Below are positions 45,064 to 55,062 of a stretch of 57,627 nucleotides of DNA, one piece after another. The stretch is from a virus, in IMG/VR virus record IMGVR_UViG_3300045988_128491; one strand, given 5' to 3'. The notes beneath the pieces are model-generated. The model was not told where the DNA came from and made no database searches. It worked only from the letters and a program-made list of their open reading frames with translations. Both the position numbers and the translations under genes were made by a program. Each line of letters begins with the position of its first letter. The stretch's first letter is position 1.

Positions 45064-45630
45064 TTTTATTCACCGCCTCTTTCAAATGCTCGTGCTCTAA
45101 AGCTCTGATTTTTGCAAACAACGACGGAGTAATTTCTACTCCTAGAATGTCTGCTACTGTACACACGGATTGATAGTTTAATCCAGTAATACCGCCAAAT
45201 GTGTAATTATACTGTGTCTGTACATTAGTGTACAGATACCATGCCTCATAGTTTTCAGGTAACAATTCGGGGCACCGATTCTCACAATCCTCGCATGGAG
45301 GGGTAGCCCCACGCTTTCTAAACTCCTTTACACAGGTTTCTTGACAATACTTCTTTGATGGGGAGTTCTGCCACCGATAGAAGCTTAGGAGTTTTTTACC
45401 TCCTGCTCCTTACCCAGCATAGACTGTGTAACTGTATTCTTAGCAAGGTTGAGAACCTGATAATATGGAAGCTCGTCAATCCCTTCAACATCGGAGTACT
45501 TCAAATCAATGATGAAGTCCACCAGGTCCATAGATTTTGTGGCATCCAAATTGTTCAGCATGGGGTTCAATCCAGCCTTATTCAATGCTTTCATGTCTTT
45601 TCGATTTAAATATCTTACTTCAATATCCAT
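45056..45630 (-). CDS. tail assembly chaperone GT fusion, made by a programmed -1 frameshift at A_AAA_AAC (45391-45397)
   Basis: The -1 frame is open from the slippery heptamer through to 45056. The heptamer sits 3 codons before the G stop. Confidence 0.55.
45385..45630 (-). CDS. tail assembly chaperone G (81 aa)
   Basis: Lies between the major tail and tape measure genes. Ends ...EVKNS, immediately after the slippery site. Confidence 0.6.
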   Translation of the reverse strand: MDIEVRYLNRKDMKALNKAGLNPMLNNLDATKSMDLVDFIIDLKYSDVEGIDELPYYQVLNLAKNTVTQSMLGKEQEVKNS

Positions 45631-45643
45631 TAATGTTTCCTCC

Positions 45644-46591
45644 TTAATATTCCTCTACACTATTTGTCAATTCGATTACGATTGAGGACTTATCCACGCT
45701 ATTCTTGTAGTAAGCCACAAAATCTATATCGACGGATACACCTGCAGGACCACTTATGGCAGGTGAGGTACGAGAGATTTGAGCCTCGTCCATTTTAATA
45801 ACCAGCGAATCGCTTGAATTAGTTAGCGTCAACTCCAAATCAATAGGAGTAGCATCTATTCCTTTTTGCAGTAACTCAGTGTCTGTAAACAGACTGTGGA
45901 TTGTGCCACTTACCTGCACAAGTCCTTCAGGAATTGCACCTCTGCCTTTGTGCCCCAAGGTGTAAATACTGTCATCCAGCCCCATATCCAGCTTTAGGTC
46001 AAGAGTGGATACATTAGCTACCTTGGAACCATCAACTTTAAGCTCACATGCAAAATTATTCAATCTGCTAAGCTTTGCCTCAGTAGCAGCCTTATCATAC
46101 TGCTCGGAACTTATAACCTCATCGCAGCCCAGCAGATCCATATCAGCAGTAAGCTCACCATCATCACCGAATGTGCAAGAGAAGCTTCCTATCTTGACAC
46201 CGGTGTATGTAAAGTACTGCCCAATATCAGGAAATTCCTTTGTTATGCACAAGCTCGGCTGGTTATTAGTAATTGAAAATACATGTTTATACTTGCTGGT
46301 GTCGCTATCTTCTGTGGTAACAGGTGCATTGAAAATTCCTTTCAACCAATGGCCTATGGCAGTGCTATCCACTGGGATAGTCACGCTACCACCCGCAGTT
46401 ACATGGCCTCTAGCAGGCTCGACTGCATTTCTGGTACCCGTAATGGTAGCCGGATTAATCATAGTTTGCTCGCTGGCAAGTTCCAACTTATTGAATGGCA
46501 TTATCTTACCGGCTTTTGTGGTTGGTATTTCATTAAACGATGTTTCCTCGTCGATGACCAACCTAGTAAAATATCCTCGTGACAGCTGCAT
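45644..46591 (-). CDS. major tail protein
   Basis: 315 aa. GGAGGAG RBS. Placed before the chaperones. Confidence 0.55.
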   Translation of the reverse strand: MQLSRGYFTRLVIDEETSFNEIPTTKAGKIMPFNKLELASEQTMINPATITGTRNAVEPARGHVTAGGSVTIPVDSTAIGHWLKGIFNAPVTTEDSDTSKYKHVFSITNNQPSLCITKEFPDIGQYFTYTGVKIGSFSCTFGDDGELTADMDLLGCDEVISSEQYDKAATEAKLSRLNNFACELKVDGSKVANVSTLDLKLDMGLDDSIYTLGHKGRGAIPEGLVQVSGTIHSLFTDTELLQKGIDATPIDLELTLTNSSDSLVIKMDEAQISRTSPAISGPAGVSVDIDFVAYYKNSVDKSSIVIELTNSVEEY

Positions 46592-46602
46592 GTTAACTCC
46601 TC

Positions 46603-47052
46603 CTATTCACTGTATGTTATATCAAGTGACATTCGCGAACCGACCAATGGTCTTTTTGCGTCACCGTCACTAATTATCTCGCCTACATTGCAAGAAAGAA
46701 TACTGAAATCATCAGTATTTCTGTTGACTAGCCAGGACTTTATGGATTCTATCATTCTATCCTCCTGTTCAGCCAATTTACCGTAACCGTTGTAAATATC
46801 TGTGGTATCGTCACGAACCCAGTTTTCTATCAATAAGTTTACGGTTCCTTGCATATCCTCGTGGAGGCTTTTCAAAGATGGAATTGATTCTCCATCACGA
46901 ATTAGGAATACAACCCCATCATTTGCATAGTCAGCTGGTTCCAGAGCACCAACAATAACATGAGGGGCGACACCGGAAAATGCTTTTTGTAGTTCTTTCA
47001 TAATTTCAAGCCAGACCACAGCGTTACCCCCTAAGAAGCTGAACAGAGCCAA
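46603..47052 (-). CDS. tail completion / head-tail joining protein
   Basis: 149 aa, between the connector and major tail genes. Confidence 0.45.
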   Translation of the reverse strand: MALFSFLGGNAVVWLEIMKELQKAFSGVAPHVIVGALEPADYANDGVVFLIRDGESIPSLKSLHEDMQGTVNLLIENWVRDDTTDIYNGYGKLAEQEDRMIESIKSWLVNRNTDDFSILSCNVGEIISDGDAKRPLVGSRMSLDITYSE

Positions 47053-47452
47053 ATAAGATAGTATTCCTGCTATCGCCTAACAGCATTTCCTTACTTATCT
47101 GCGGCTCTAATGTTTTAACCATTGTCGTATAATATTCTAATTTTTCGGACCAGCTATCACGGGAATCACTACCTCGGGTTGATAGACTAGCTGAATATGA
47201 CTTTGCGAGGCACACGAATAAACATAGCTTCGCTTTGCATAATTCCTTTAACTTATACGGAGCTGGTGTTACAATGCTCTCTAACCCCACTCCTGCAACA
47301 CTCATTACAAAATCATTGGCGTATTCTTCTAAATCCTGTAGGTACTTATTAGTAACTACTTCCTCACCAAGAATATTAATAGAAGTGGTATTTGCTGCTT
47401 TCAGTACCGGATACACCAGCTCATCTCTAATATCACTGATAGCTATTATCAA
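47024..47452 (-). CDS. head-tail connector / adaptor protein
   Basis: 142-aa ORF. Confidence 0.45.
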   Translation of the reverse strand: MIIAISDIRDELVYPVLKAANTTSINILGEEVVTNKYLQDLEEYANDFVMSVAGVGLESIVTPAPYKLKELCKAKLCLFVCLAKSYSASLSTRGSDSRDSWSEKLEYYTTMVKTLEPQISKEMLLGDSRNTILFGSVQLLRG

Positions 47453-47454
47453 GT

Positions 47455-47910
47455 CTAAACACCTCCTGTGAATACACCAGCGATATGTCTATTGAAAATA
47501 GCCTGTATCTCTGTGCGTGAATCATTCAACGCTTTATAGAGAAACTGGTCAGGTTTGGTTCCTGGGTGGTGCACTTTTTTTGCGAATACAAAACCTGCTC
47601 TGCCAGCCCACCTAAGACATTTTCGCTTTTTAGGAAAAATATCATGAGGAGCTGTCCCCTCATGAACAAATCCTGCATAGGACGCGGTGCGCTTATCCAG
47701 GAATATGGCTGCCTGCGCTTCCTGGATACTTGCAACAACAGCTCTTTCAAGATTGCCTGTCCTGGATATGAACCTGTGCCTTTTTTGTGCTCTCTCCTGA
47801 ACAAGTACAGCAGATTCTCTTATAGAGCGCCTTACTGCCTCTTTAGCATTATCGGGAGCAACCTTAAAAGCTAGTAAAGCCCTATTATCAAATTCAAGTT
47901 TTATCTCCAT
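47455..47910 (-). CDS. head-tail joining protein (HK97 gp10-like position)
   Basis: Internal start MEIKLEF. About 151 aa. Confidence 0.4.
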   Translation of the reverse strand: MEIKLEFDNRALLAFKVAPDNAKEAVRRSIRESAVLVQERAQKRHRFISRTGNLERAVVASIQEAQAAIFLDKRTASYAGFVHEGTAPHDIFPKKRKCLRWAGRAGFVFAKKVHHPGTKPDQFLYKALNDSRTEIQAIFNRHIAGVFTGGV

Positions 47911-48094
47911 TAGCAGCACTCTTTCTTGAAGATGTTTTTGTTTTTGCCGTTGCCTCAGTAAAACCATTTGCTAAATACCTGTCAACATCACAGGCATTAA
48001 CAATAATAGGCTCTTCATTCTCATCGTATAATGTGATAGTCTTCATACAAACCTCCGTTATGAATAAAAAGGACGACAGTTGCCTGTCGCCCAT
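47894..48094 (-). CDS. small head-tail region protein
   Basis: 66-aa ORF. Confidence 0.4.
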   Translation of the reverse strand: MGDRQLSSFLFITEVCMKTITLYDENEEPIIVNACDVDRYLANGFTEATAKTKTSSRKSAANGDKT

Positions 48095-48116
48095 GTTGAT
48101 TCAGAAAAACACGCTC

Positions 48117-49238
48117 TTAACCGAGAAGAACACAAGCAAGTTCAGGGGTAAGAGTTGTGAACCCAAACAAACCATCGATGGAAATAATATCCTGCTTCTT
48201 AGTCATATCGTAACCATAAGCCACTCTCAAACCAAGGCCGTTGTAGGATACATTGGAAACATTGGTCAATCCCATAGGTCTGGCCAGCTGACGGGAAACA
48301 AGGCTGAAAGCATTGCGATGGAATGCCATATTCAGCGTATGATTTCCCACAACGGTAACGGCACTGTTCTGTGCGATACCTGCATCTACTGCAGGATAAA
48401 CACTCACAGAAGCACTGTGGGAAGCAATGGTAGCATCCTTAGTTACGACAAACTGCTGAGAAGAACCTGCTACAGTGAGCAATGTACCCTTTTTGATAAC
48501 ACCCTCAATAGCAGAATCCGTAACGGTAATTGTAGTTGCGCCAACCTCTACGGTATCCGCTACTTTCAAGCCAGCTGCAGCTGTAGTAATGCCGGAAACA
48601 AAATTTTCGATATTCTGGTCCATGTAGCAGCTAAAGCCGAACTTCGTCCCCAGTTCTGCGTTACGAATCGCTGCATCAGTACCAGAAGCATCAACACGGT
48701 TGAATGCATCCAGTTCCAGCAGCTTAGCATCCGCAGCGGTATCTAAAACGAGATTACGCCCAGCCATAGGCACTTTGTTATCATTCATCTTCTTACGCAG
48801 TGCAGTAATGCTGGCAACAGCGCTAGGTGCACTTCCTGCAATGCCTACATGATATGGAATCTCAAGCATCAACTTAGCCAGCCGAGAGTCAATATCCTGA
48901 GCGAATGCCTGCATTGCCGGAACAATAAACTGCTGGCTAAAATCAGAAATGCTCAGTGTCATTTCCTTGGTAGTTACTGGAAAAGAAATGTCCAAAAGAG
49001 TGTCCAGCTTAACAGGTACACCGCTTTCCTTGACATTCTGCAGCTCAATCCCCGTTCCTTCATCAAACTCTTTCACTTTAAAAGTGTTAGGCTTGCGAAC
49101 AGTAATTGTGTCGCCAGAGGAACCGGTAAAATCGTTGGAATAATCCTTGTTTACAAGATTGCCCAAAACAAGGTTGTTTTCCAACTGCATAAGAGCTTCC
49201 TGTGCAATAAGCGCAGGTGTTAATAAAGTATTTCCCAT
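48117..49238 (-). CDS. major capsid protein
   Basis: 373 aa. RBS AGGAAAGGA. Follows the scaffold gene. Confidence 0.75.
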   Translation of the reverse strand: MGNTLLTPALIAQEALMQLENNLVLGNLVNKDYSNDFTGSSGDTITVRKPNTFKVKEFDEGTGIELQNVKESGVPVKLDTLLDISFPVTTKEMTLSISDFSQQFIVPAMQAFAQDIDSRLAKLMLEIPYHVGIAGSAPSAVASITALRKKMNDNKVPMAGRNLVLDTAADAKLLELDAFNRVDASGTDAAIRNAELGTKFGFSCYMDQNIENFVSGITTAAAGLKVADTVEVGATTITVTDSAIEGVIKKGTLLTVAGSSQQFVVTKDATIASHSASVSVYPAVDAGIAQNSAVTVVGNHTLNMAFHRNAFSLVSRQLARPMGLTNVSNVSYNGLGLRVAYGYDMTKKQDIISIDGLFGFTTLTPELACVLLG

Positions 49239-49265
49239 AAAGTATCATCCTTTCCTGTGTAAAAA

Positions 49266-49982
49266 TTATATAATCTTACCCTCGGCACGAGCCTTGCGAT
49301 ACTCAGCCGGAGATAGAGTCTCATAATCAATATTGCCACCAGAAGAGCCATTGAAACCACCGCCAGCACCGGATATCTGACGATTAGCCCTATAATCAGG
49401 GTATTTAGTCAAAAAGGCTTTTACACCCTCGTCAACAGTCACCTCAGAACCATCATCGTCAACATAGATAACACTGTCATCGTCAAGCACTTTAATGTTG
49501 CCCATCATCAATCGTGATGTGATAGCCGGATTGAGTGCTTTGTTGACTTCAAGAGCGGTCCGCAAGGCCATTTCCTTAATCATACCCTGACGCTTAGTCT
49601 TTTCAGTGGATGCCTGCTTTTCAAACTCAGCGCTCTTATCAGATAAGGTCTTGTAATTTCTTTTCATTTCGTTGAGCTGGCTTTTCAGAGTTGCAATATC
49701 TGCAGTAGACTTATCATTCTTCTGCTGCTTCTTTTTGATTTCCTCCAGAGCCTCATCCAAATTGGAGGTATCCAGTGGCAAACCAATAAAGTCAAACAGC
49801 TTATTGTAATTACCGGTCAGTGTTTCCTTATCAGCGGTCAAATCACTAACCTTAGCGGTTAACTCTTTCACCAGCTTGATATTATTATTCGCATCTTTCA
49901 AAAGGTTGTTAAAACCGGTTACAAATTCCTCGCCTCCCTCCACATTTTTCAGTGCAGCAATAATTTCTTCTTTTGTTTTCAT
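49266..49982 (-). CDS. scaffolding protein
   Basis: 238 aa, coiled-coil rich. GGAGG RBS. Confidence 0.6.
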   Translation of the reverse strand: MKTKEEIIAALKNVEGGEEFVTGFNNLLKDANNNIKLVKELTAKVSDLTADKETLTGNYNKLFDFIGLPLDTSNLDEALEEIKKKQQKNDKSTADIATLKSQLNEMKRNYKTLSDKSAEFEKQASTEKTKRQGMIKEMALRTALEVNKALNPAITSRLMMGNIKVLDDDSVIYVDDDGSEVTVDEGVKAFLTKYPDYRANRQISGAGGGFNGSSGGNIDYETLSPAEYRKARAEGKII

Positions 49983-51115
49983 TGTTCATTCCTCCTAAAA
50001 ACTCTTCTCCTAGCAAGTGGATTGGTAAAACCTCTCCATCCTCTTAGAACCTCTTGCCAATCTTTCCCGCGCCTATACTCTTCAAGACCTTTCACACCAA
50101 ACAACGCGATTTTCTCCTTTGCAGATAGGCTATCTATATAGTCATGTACAAGCTTTGGATTCGGACTTCTGTTTGGATTTACCTGCCAGATAAACACAGG
50201 AAGTAGATGACATCTACAGTGCGGATGCAGAGGTATGGTCGGCATATATTTTTTTGGATATAGCCCCTTGCCATAACCTATATCAGCATTAGCACATACA
50301 TCGCATTGGTCATGTATGGGGTGATTGGAAGACAACTCCCATCTGTAGCCCCATACATCGGTATCATCACCGTACCTAGCAATATATCCCTCAAACCAAG
50401 CTCTTGCGGTTTCGGTTCTTGCTATGCGTTCAGCTTGATACCGGCTCTTCTCTTCCAGGGCCACTTGTATTGCCTTGTTGATGGCTTCACTCTTATATGA
50501 TTCTAGCGATGCTAATAGATTCTGATATGAAACTCTTAGTGCATCGGTTTTCAGTTCATTTACCTGCTTTTTCAGTTTGTCTATGTCCTGAAATATTTTT
50601 TCCTTATCCGAATTATCACCTATGATAGCTAACGACACATTTCTGGTCATTCTACCAAGGTACTGCGGAATTTCAGCTTTAGGGATTAGCGCACCACTTC
50701 CATATCCATCATACAGCTTTCGGGCAATATTTATGGCTGAGTCTGCATTCAGTAGACCTGCTTTCACTGTATCCCTCACACGCTGTCCTGTATAAGCAGA
50801 CATGCTGTATAACCTTTCGGACAAGTTAACTCCATCCGTTGTCCACACCTGGTCAACGAATTCCTCGTCTACCCTGTCCTGTATTCCTATCTCCGCAGCA
50901 TCAATCACAGCGGAGATAGTTATTTTTCTATTGGAATAGTCAAACCCTTTGAGTGCTAAAGCTATTGAGGTATCCAAATCTTTACCCTCAGCCAGAGATT
51001 CAGCTATCTTTACCTCTGTTTTGATAGCCAATTTTCTGAACTCTTTAGAGTATTTTTCTAGTATCTTTTCAAGCTTCTCACTAAGGGTGTCGTCATTACT
51101 CTTCAATTTGGCCAT
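49979..51115 (-). CDS. minor head protein (SPP1 gp7 / Mu F-like head morphogenesis)
   Basis: 378 aa. C-terminal HPHCRCHLLP motif. Position after the portal gene. Confidence 0.6.
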   Translation of the reverse strand: MAKLKSNDDTLSEKLEKILEKYSKEFRKLAIKTEVKIAESLAEGKDLDTSIALALKGFDYSNRKITISAVIDAAEIGIQDRVDEEFVDQVWTTDGVNLSERLYSMSAYTGQRVRDTVKAGLLNADSAINIARKLYDGYGSGALIPKAEIPQYLGRMTRNVSLAIIGDNSDKEKIFQDIDKLKKQVNELKTDALRVSYQNLLASLESYKSEAINKAIQVALEEKSRYQAERIARTETARAWFEGYIARYGDDTDVWGYRWELSSNHPIHDQCDVCANADIGYGKGLYPKKYMPTIPLHPHCRCHLLPVFIWQVNPNRSPNPKLVHDYIDSLSAKEKIALFGVKGLEEYRRGKDWQEVLRGWRGFTNPLARRRVFRRNEQ

Positions 51116-52508
51116 TGTTAATTCTTTCCTTTAGCTGCTTTTGGGATAACTCCGACATTAAACGATCTGTGGCATTATTGCGGATTTCATTAATGACCGC
51201 ATCGTACTCATCATCAGGAATACCAGTAAGATAAGCCTCAACGGCCTTTATCCTGGCCTGCTTGTTAAACTCAACACCAACATTCAATTCCAGTGCTCTA
51301 GCAACATTGTCTAGCTCTGATGCAATGTCAACAATGCCAAAATCACGGGGATAGATAACTTTGTAATCAATTTCCTCCCCAAAATATGCAGACCAGTATT
51401 TCATGATTTTTTTCTCTGCTACCTCCAGATTTTCTGCCATATCGGCAAGAACCTGATTGGTGTTTTCAAAGTCCCACTGCTTAGCTACACCGCTTGCTTT
51501 AGTTTCGACTGCGGTCACAGATGATAGACTTGCCTGCCTGTACACATCATCAATCAACCTTTGAATCTCGGACTGCAGCAGCTGAGCCTGTGATGCCTCC
51601 GGCGCAATAAAGAATGGTCGCGCTCCAACCTCGCCATCAAACAGCAGCATATCGTTAGTGCCAACCTTAATGCTGGATAGTGCTTTATCAATAGGCACTC
51701 CCTCAGTTACCGGATAGCACAGAATAGAAAAGGCCTGATTCCTCAACAACTCTCGTAACTCGCTTGACAGATTGTAGATGGTCAGATTAGTTCTGGCTAT
51801 GGATATCATAGGTGACAGTGGTAGCAAATCACCATTTTCATGCTCAGTACCAAATACTGGCACCACCGGAATAAAACCTAGATTATTCTTTCCTTTTTCT
51901 ACAACACCATCATGCCGTGTTACCTGCCAATCGGTAGGAGTCCATTTCCATGTATCAGTATCCATCATCACCTTATAGCCAGCAAAAGACTTACTGTAAG
52001 TAGAACCGCACTTAAACTCAATCTCTCTGATGACACCGCTGCTATCACATTTGTAATTGGTGACATTTTCAGGCTTGATGATATAGAGATATGGGTACTG
52101 CCGTTTTTCAATAGCTGACTTCTGTCCCGCTTCAATGGTTCTGTCATTATCGACAAAAACGAAAACAGAACCATATAACTTAGCCATTCGGCAGCACTGC
52201 TTCATAAAGCTATTCATTGTATTACCAAAGCGGTCAACATCTTGTTGAAAGTCACCTATGATGCTGTTACCTCCACCCCAGTCCCTTGCAATTTCTTTGC
52301 GGAAAATCGGATTGGTCAGTGAATCGACAACGGGCTTTACGAAGTTTGAATAGTAACTTAGCCTTCTTCTTCGCAACAGCTTATCTGTGTCCTCCCTGGG
52401 GTGCGGTATAATATAAGTACCTTCAAGGTAGCCGCCGCCCCCTGTGTAGGAGTCGTACAGAAAATCATAATCGTATATAGATACAGTTTCCAAAGTATCA
52501 CCTACCAC
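51096..52508 (-). CDS. portal protein
   Basis: 470 aa, directly downstream of the large terminase. Confidence 0.75.
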   Translation of the reverse strand: MVGDTLETVSIYDYDFLYDSYTGGGGYLEGTYIIPHPREDTDKLLRRRRLSYYSNFVKPVVDSLTNPIFRKEIARDWGGGNSIIGDFQQDVDRFGNTMNSFMKQCCRMAKLYGSVFVFVDNDRTIEAGQKSAIEKRQYPYLYIIKPENVTNYKCDSSGVIREIEFKCGSTYSKSFAGYKVMMDTDTWKWTPTDWQVTRHDGVVEKGKNNLGFIPVVPVFGTEHENGDLLPLSPMISIARTNLTIYNLSSELRELLRNQAFSILCYPVTEGVPIDKALSSIKVGTNDMLLFDGEVGARPFFIAPEASQAQLLQSEIQRLIDDVYRQASLSSVTAVETKASGVAKQWDFENTNQVLADMAENLEVAEKKIMKYWSAYFGEEIDYKVIYPRDFGIVDIASELDNVARALELNVGVEFNKQARIKAVEAYLTGIPDDEYDAVINEIRNNATDRLMSELSQKQLKERINNGQIEE

Positions 52509-53764
52509 AAATTTACATTTCTCGAAGTAACATCCTTTTCATTTCTCATAATTCCAGAACAGCCATACCTTACAGCGTCTATAGCATGGTTATTAACGTC
52601 AGGATAGCAGGAAATGAAGCTCCCGTCTTTATTCCTTGCATACTCATACTTAACAAACTCTTTGTAGGTGTTAGGGCAACGCTCTTTGTCAATATAGATG
52701 TTCCGTCTTTCCTGCAACCACTTTATACCGTATGCAACACTATCAGGACCTTTTTTAGCCCCTATCATGTTGACTCCATAATTTTTGAAAGACTTTATTG
52801 TCCTTGGCTCAGCAGAATCACCTATTACCAGCCCTCTGCCTGCCTTGCTCTTTATCTCCTCTGCAGCTGGCCTGGTATCATAGCTGTATTTGTAAATTTC
52901 ATCAAAGATGTATAGGTCCTCGTGCTTTTTATCATAGTGCATAGCCGCAAAAGCCAAAGGATCTACAGCAAAACCGAAATCACAACCGTAGTGCAGGCGG
53001 TCAAAAAGCTGTATTTTGCTGTCTGACATTCTCATGTCATGCACATTATCAAATACATCACCTCCAGAACCAATAACCTCACCCATGTACTCATGTCGCC
53101 ACAGCTCTTCTCTTTTCCTTTTCAGCTTTTCAGCTTCAGCAATGAATTGTGGGCCTAGCCAATCTTTAGGTATCTGAGTGTAATTAGTGTGGAGTACAAG
53201 TCTATCTGAGTCGTTAAACAGCACTTCCTCATTTACCCAGTTGTCGCGGCTCTTTGGTGGATTGTAAGAATAAAAACACCAAGAAGTATCGCCGCCACGC
53301 AGTAATGACTGGTTGAGGTTTCGTATTTCTTCCATGCTGTCAAACTGGTCCAACTCCTCATACCATGTAACACCTACATAGCCAAAAGCTGGCTTTATGG
53401 ACTTGACTTTCTGTTTATCATCAATACCACGGAATATTATTTTCTGCCCTGTATCTTTGTATGTAAGCTCTAAAGGACTGGTTTTAGCTCTCCATAGGTG
53501 CATTACTCCAAGTTCCTCAATAGCCCACAAAATCTGATTATAAACAGAATCGCGCAGTGTTCGACCTACTTTACGCATAATAACAGCGTGTACGTCCCTG
53601 TTCTTCGGTTGCATTAGCAATAAGGGTATCACTTCGCTGATGGTAGTGGACTTTGCACTGCCTCGACCTCCTGGGAGCCAGTAATGCGTGTGACCATGCT
53701 CCATGACATCAAAAAACCAATCGTCATAGCACGGTGCTATCTTATCTGCAATATTTACTTCCAT
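52502..53764 (-). CDS. terL: terminase large subunit
   Basis: Walker A WLPGGRGSAKS. C-terminal nuclease-like acidic motifs. RBS AAGGAG lies before the internal ATG at 53764. Confidence 0.85.
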   Translation of the reverse strand: MEVNIADKIAPCYDDWFFDVMEHGHTHYWLPGGRGSAKSTTISEVIPLLLMQPKNRDVHAVIMRKVGRTLRDSVYNQILWAIEELGVMHLWRAKTSPLELTYKDTGQKIIFRGIDDKQKVKSIKPAFGYVGVTWYEELDQFDSMEEIRNLNQSLLRGGDTSWCFYSYNPPKSRDNWVNEEVLFNDSDRLVLHTNYTQIPKDWLGPQFIAEAEKLKRKREELWRHEYMGEVIGSGGDVFDNVHDMRMSDSKIQLFDRLHYGCDFGFAVDPLAFAAMHYDKKHEDLYIFDEIYKYSYDTRPAAEEIKSKAGRGLVIGDSAEPRTIKSFKNYGVNMIGAKKGPDSVAYGIKWLQERRNIYIDKERCPNTYKEFVKYEYARNKDGSFISCYPDVNNHAIDAVRYGCSGIMRNEKDVTSRNVNLW

Positions 53765-53814
53765 GCTACAACTCCTTGCAATAAAAAGGCACTCACATTT
53801 CTGCAAGTGCTTTA

Positions 53815-54477
53815 TCAGGCTTTCCTGTTAAATACAAAACTAATAGGGCTGTCTTTTGCAGTCTCCTTTTTCTTCTCTGCCTGCTTTTCTGCTAGCTTAT
53901 TCCTGGACTCAATAGCCCGCACTACTTTTTCCTGTACTTTGGTCAGTGCTTCCTCTATGGCAATAATCTTGTCTACTAGAGCCTGCCTGCACTTTGTTTG
54001 CTCCTTTAAAGATGGATTGTCAGGGCTGAATCCAGCTTCTATAGCGATGTGAGATATTTCCTCAGTAATCATGTCCCTGTCTGCTCTGACTGCCTCTAAA
54101 AGCTCAAACATCCTCTTCTGCCTCACAAGCATTAGACCAATTTCAAAATCCAAGAGCTTTATAGGGTCCCTGTCATAGTTAAGCAGCATATGAGTTTCTT
54201 CAGGTGTCAGTGTGGAAATATCAATTTTAGAGTAGGCTCCTGTTTTCAGGCCGTTCTGTGAACCTTTTGGGGCTCCATGCCCTTTTGCGTTCTGATTGCC
54301 TTTTACTCCACCGCCTAGCCGTTTAGACTTCTGCACCCAGCCATTATCCCGCCAGCGTGCAATAGTGCCAGCTGTTACGCCAACCTCTCTTGCCAGCCTG
54401 CGGATTGGAATCTTACCCTTGCTGTCCTTCCAAATCTGGCAGGCTTTATTAAAGGCTTCTACTTTATAGTCTGCCAA
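53815..54477 (-). CDS. terS: terminase small subunit
   Basis: N-terminal HTH RLAREVGVTAGTIARWR. 220 aa. TTG start with AAGGCGGTG RBS. Confidence 0.6.
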   Translation of the reverse strand: MADYKVEAFNKACQIWKDSKGKIPIRRLAREVGVTAGTIARWRDNGWVQKSKRLGGGVKGNQNAKGHGAPKGSQNGLKTGAYSKIDISTLTPEETHMLLNYDRDPIKLLDFEIGLMLVRQKRMFELLEAVRADRDMITEEISHIAIEAGFSPDNPSLKEQTKCRQALVDKIIAIEEALTKVQEKVVRAIESRNKLAEKQAEKKKETAKDSPISFVFNRKA

Positions 54478-54489
54478 ATCTACACCGCC

Positions 54490-55059
54490 TTAATCCTTAA
54501 CCAGTTTTAAAAATTCCTGTGTGTACAAAAAGCTATCAAACAACCCTTTCTTGCTTATTGTGACAGTCTTTGCACCTGGCTTTTTAATCCCTCTTGCAGT
54601 CATGCAGGAGTGACTGGCTTCTATCCTGACAATGACATCATCGCCGACAATCTTCTGCAGGATTTCCAAAATATCAGTCCCAATTCTTTCTTGTAACTGT
54701 AACCTCTTACAGCACATGTCAACAATTCGTGCTATCTTTGAAAGCCCAATAACTTTACCTTTGCTAGGGTAATATCCGACACTAATTTTCATATCATAGA
54801 TTAAGGCAAGGTGGTGCTCACAGTAGCTAAATGCTTCAATATCCTTTATTACAACCATATCACTGGACTGACAGTCAAAAGTCTTACCATACATCTCTGC
54901 CAGCTGGTCATTTGTGTACTGCATACCTTCCCATACTTCACCTAGCATTTTCGCTACTCTTTTTGGTGTTTCCTCCATGCCTGGTCTCTTATCAGTGTCT
55001 ACACCAAAGCAGGATAGGAGCTGCTTTACTGCAAGCTCTGCTTTTTCTACATCAGCCAT
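54490..55059 (-). CDS. folE: GTP cyclohydrolase I
   Basis: 189 aa. CEHH zinc/catalytic motif. SHSCM. Confidence 0.85.
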   Translation of the reverse strand: MADVEKAELAVKQLLSCFGVDTDKRPGMEETPKRVAKMLGEVWEGMQYTNDQLAEMYGKTFDCQSSDMVVIKDIEAFSYCEHHLALIYDMKISVGYYPSKGKVIGLSKIARIVDMCCKRLQLQERIGTDILEILQKIVGDDVIVRIEASHSCMTARGIKKPGAKTVTISKKGLFDSFLYTQEFLKLVKD

Positions 55060-55062
55060 TCC

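Noticed and set aside
46005-46673. Long plus-strand ORFs (for example 46005-46673, 48033-48746, 43595-44083, 33950-34189, 34761-35120, 15964-16470)
   Set aside because: All lie antisense inside confidently assigned minus-strand structural or replication genes, are Ser/Leu-rich and have no RBS. They are shadow ORFs.
52508-52508. GTG start for the portal gene at 52508
   Set aside because: Not rejected outright, but there is no RBS. A TTG 15 nt downstream, preceded by GGTAGGTGA, may be the real start. The start is left as in the track with reduced certainty.
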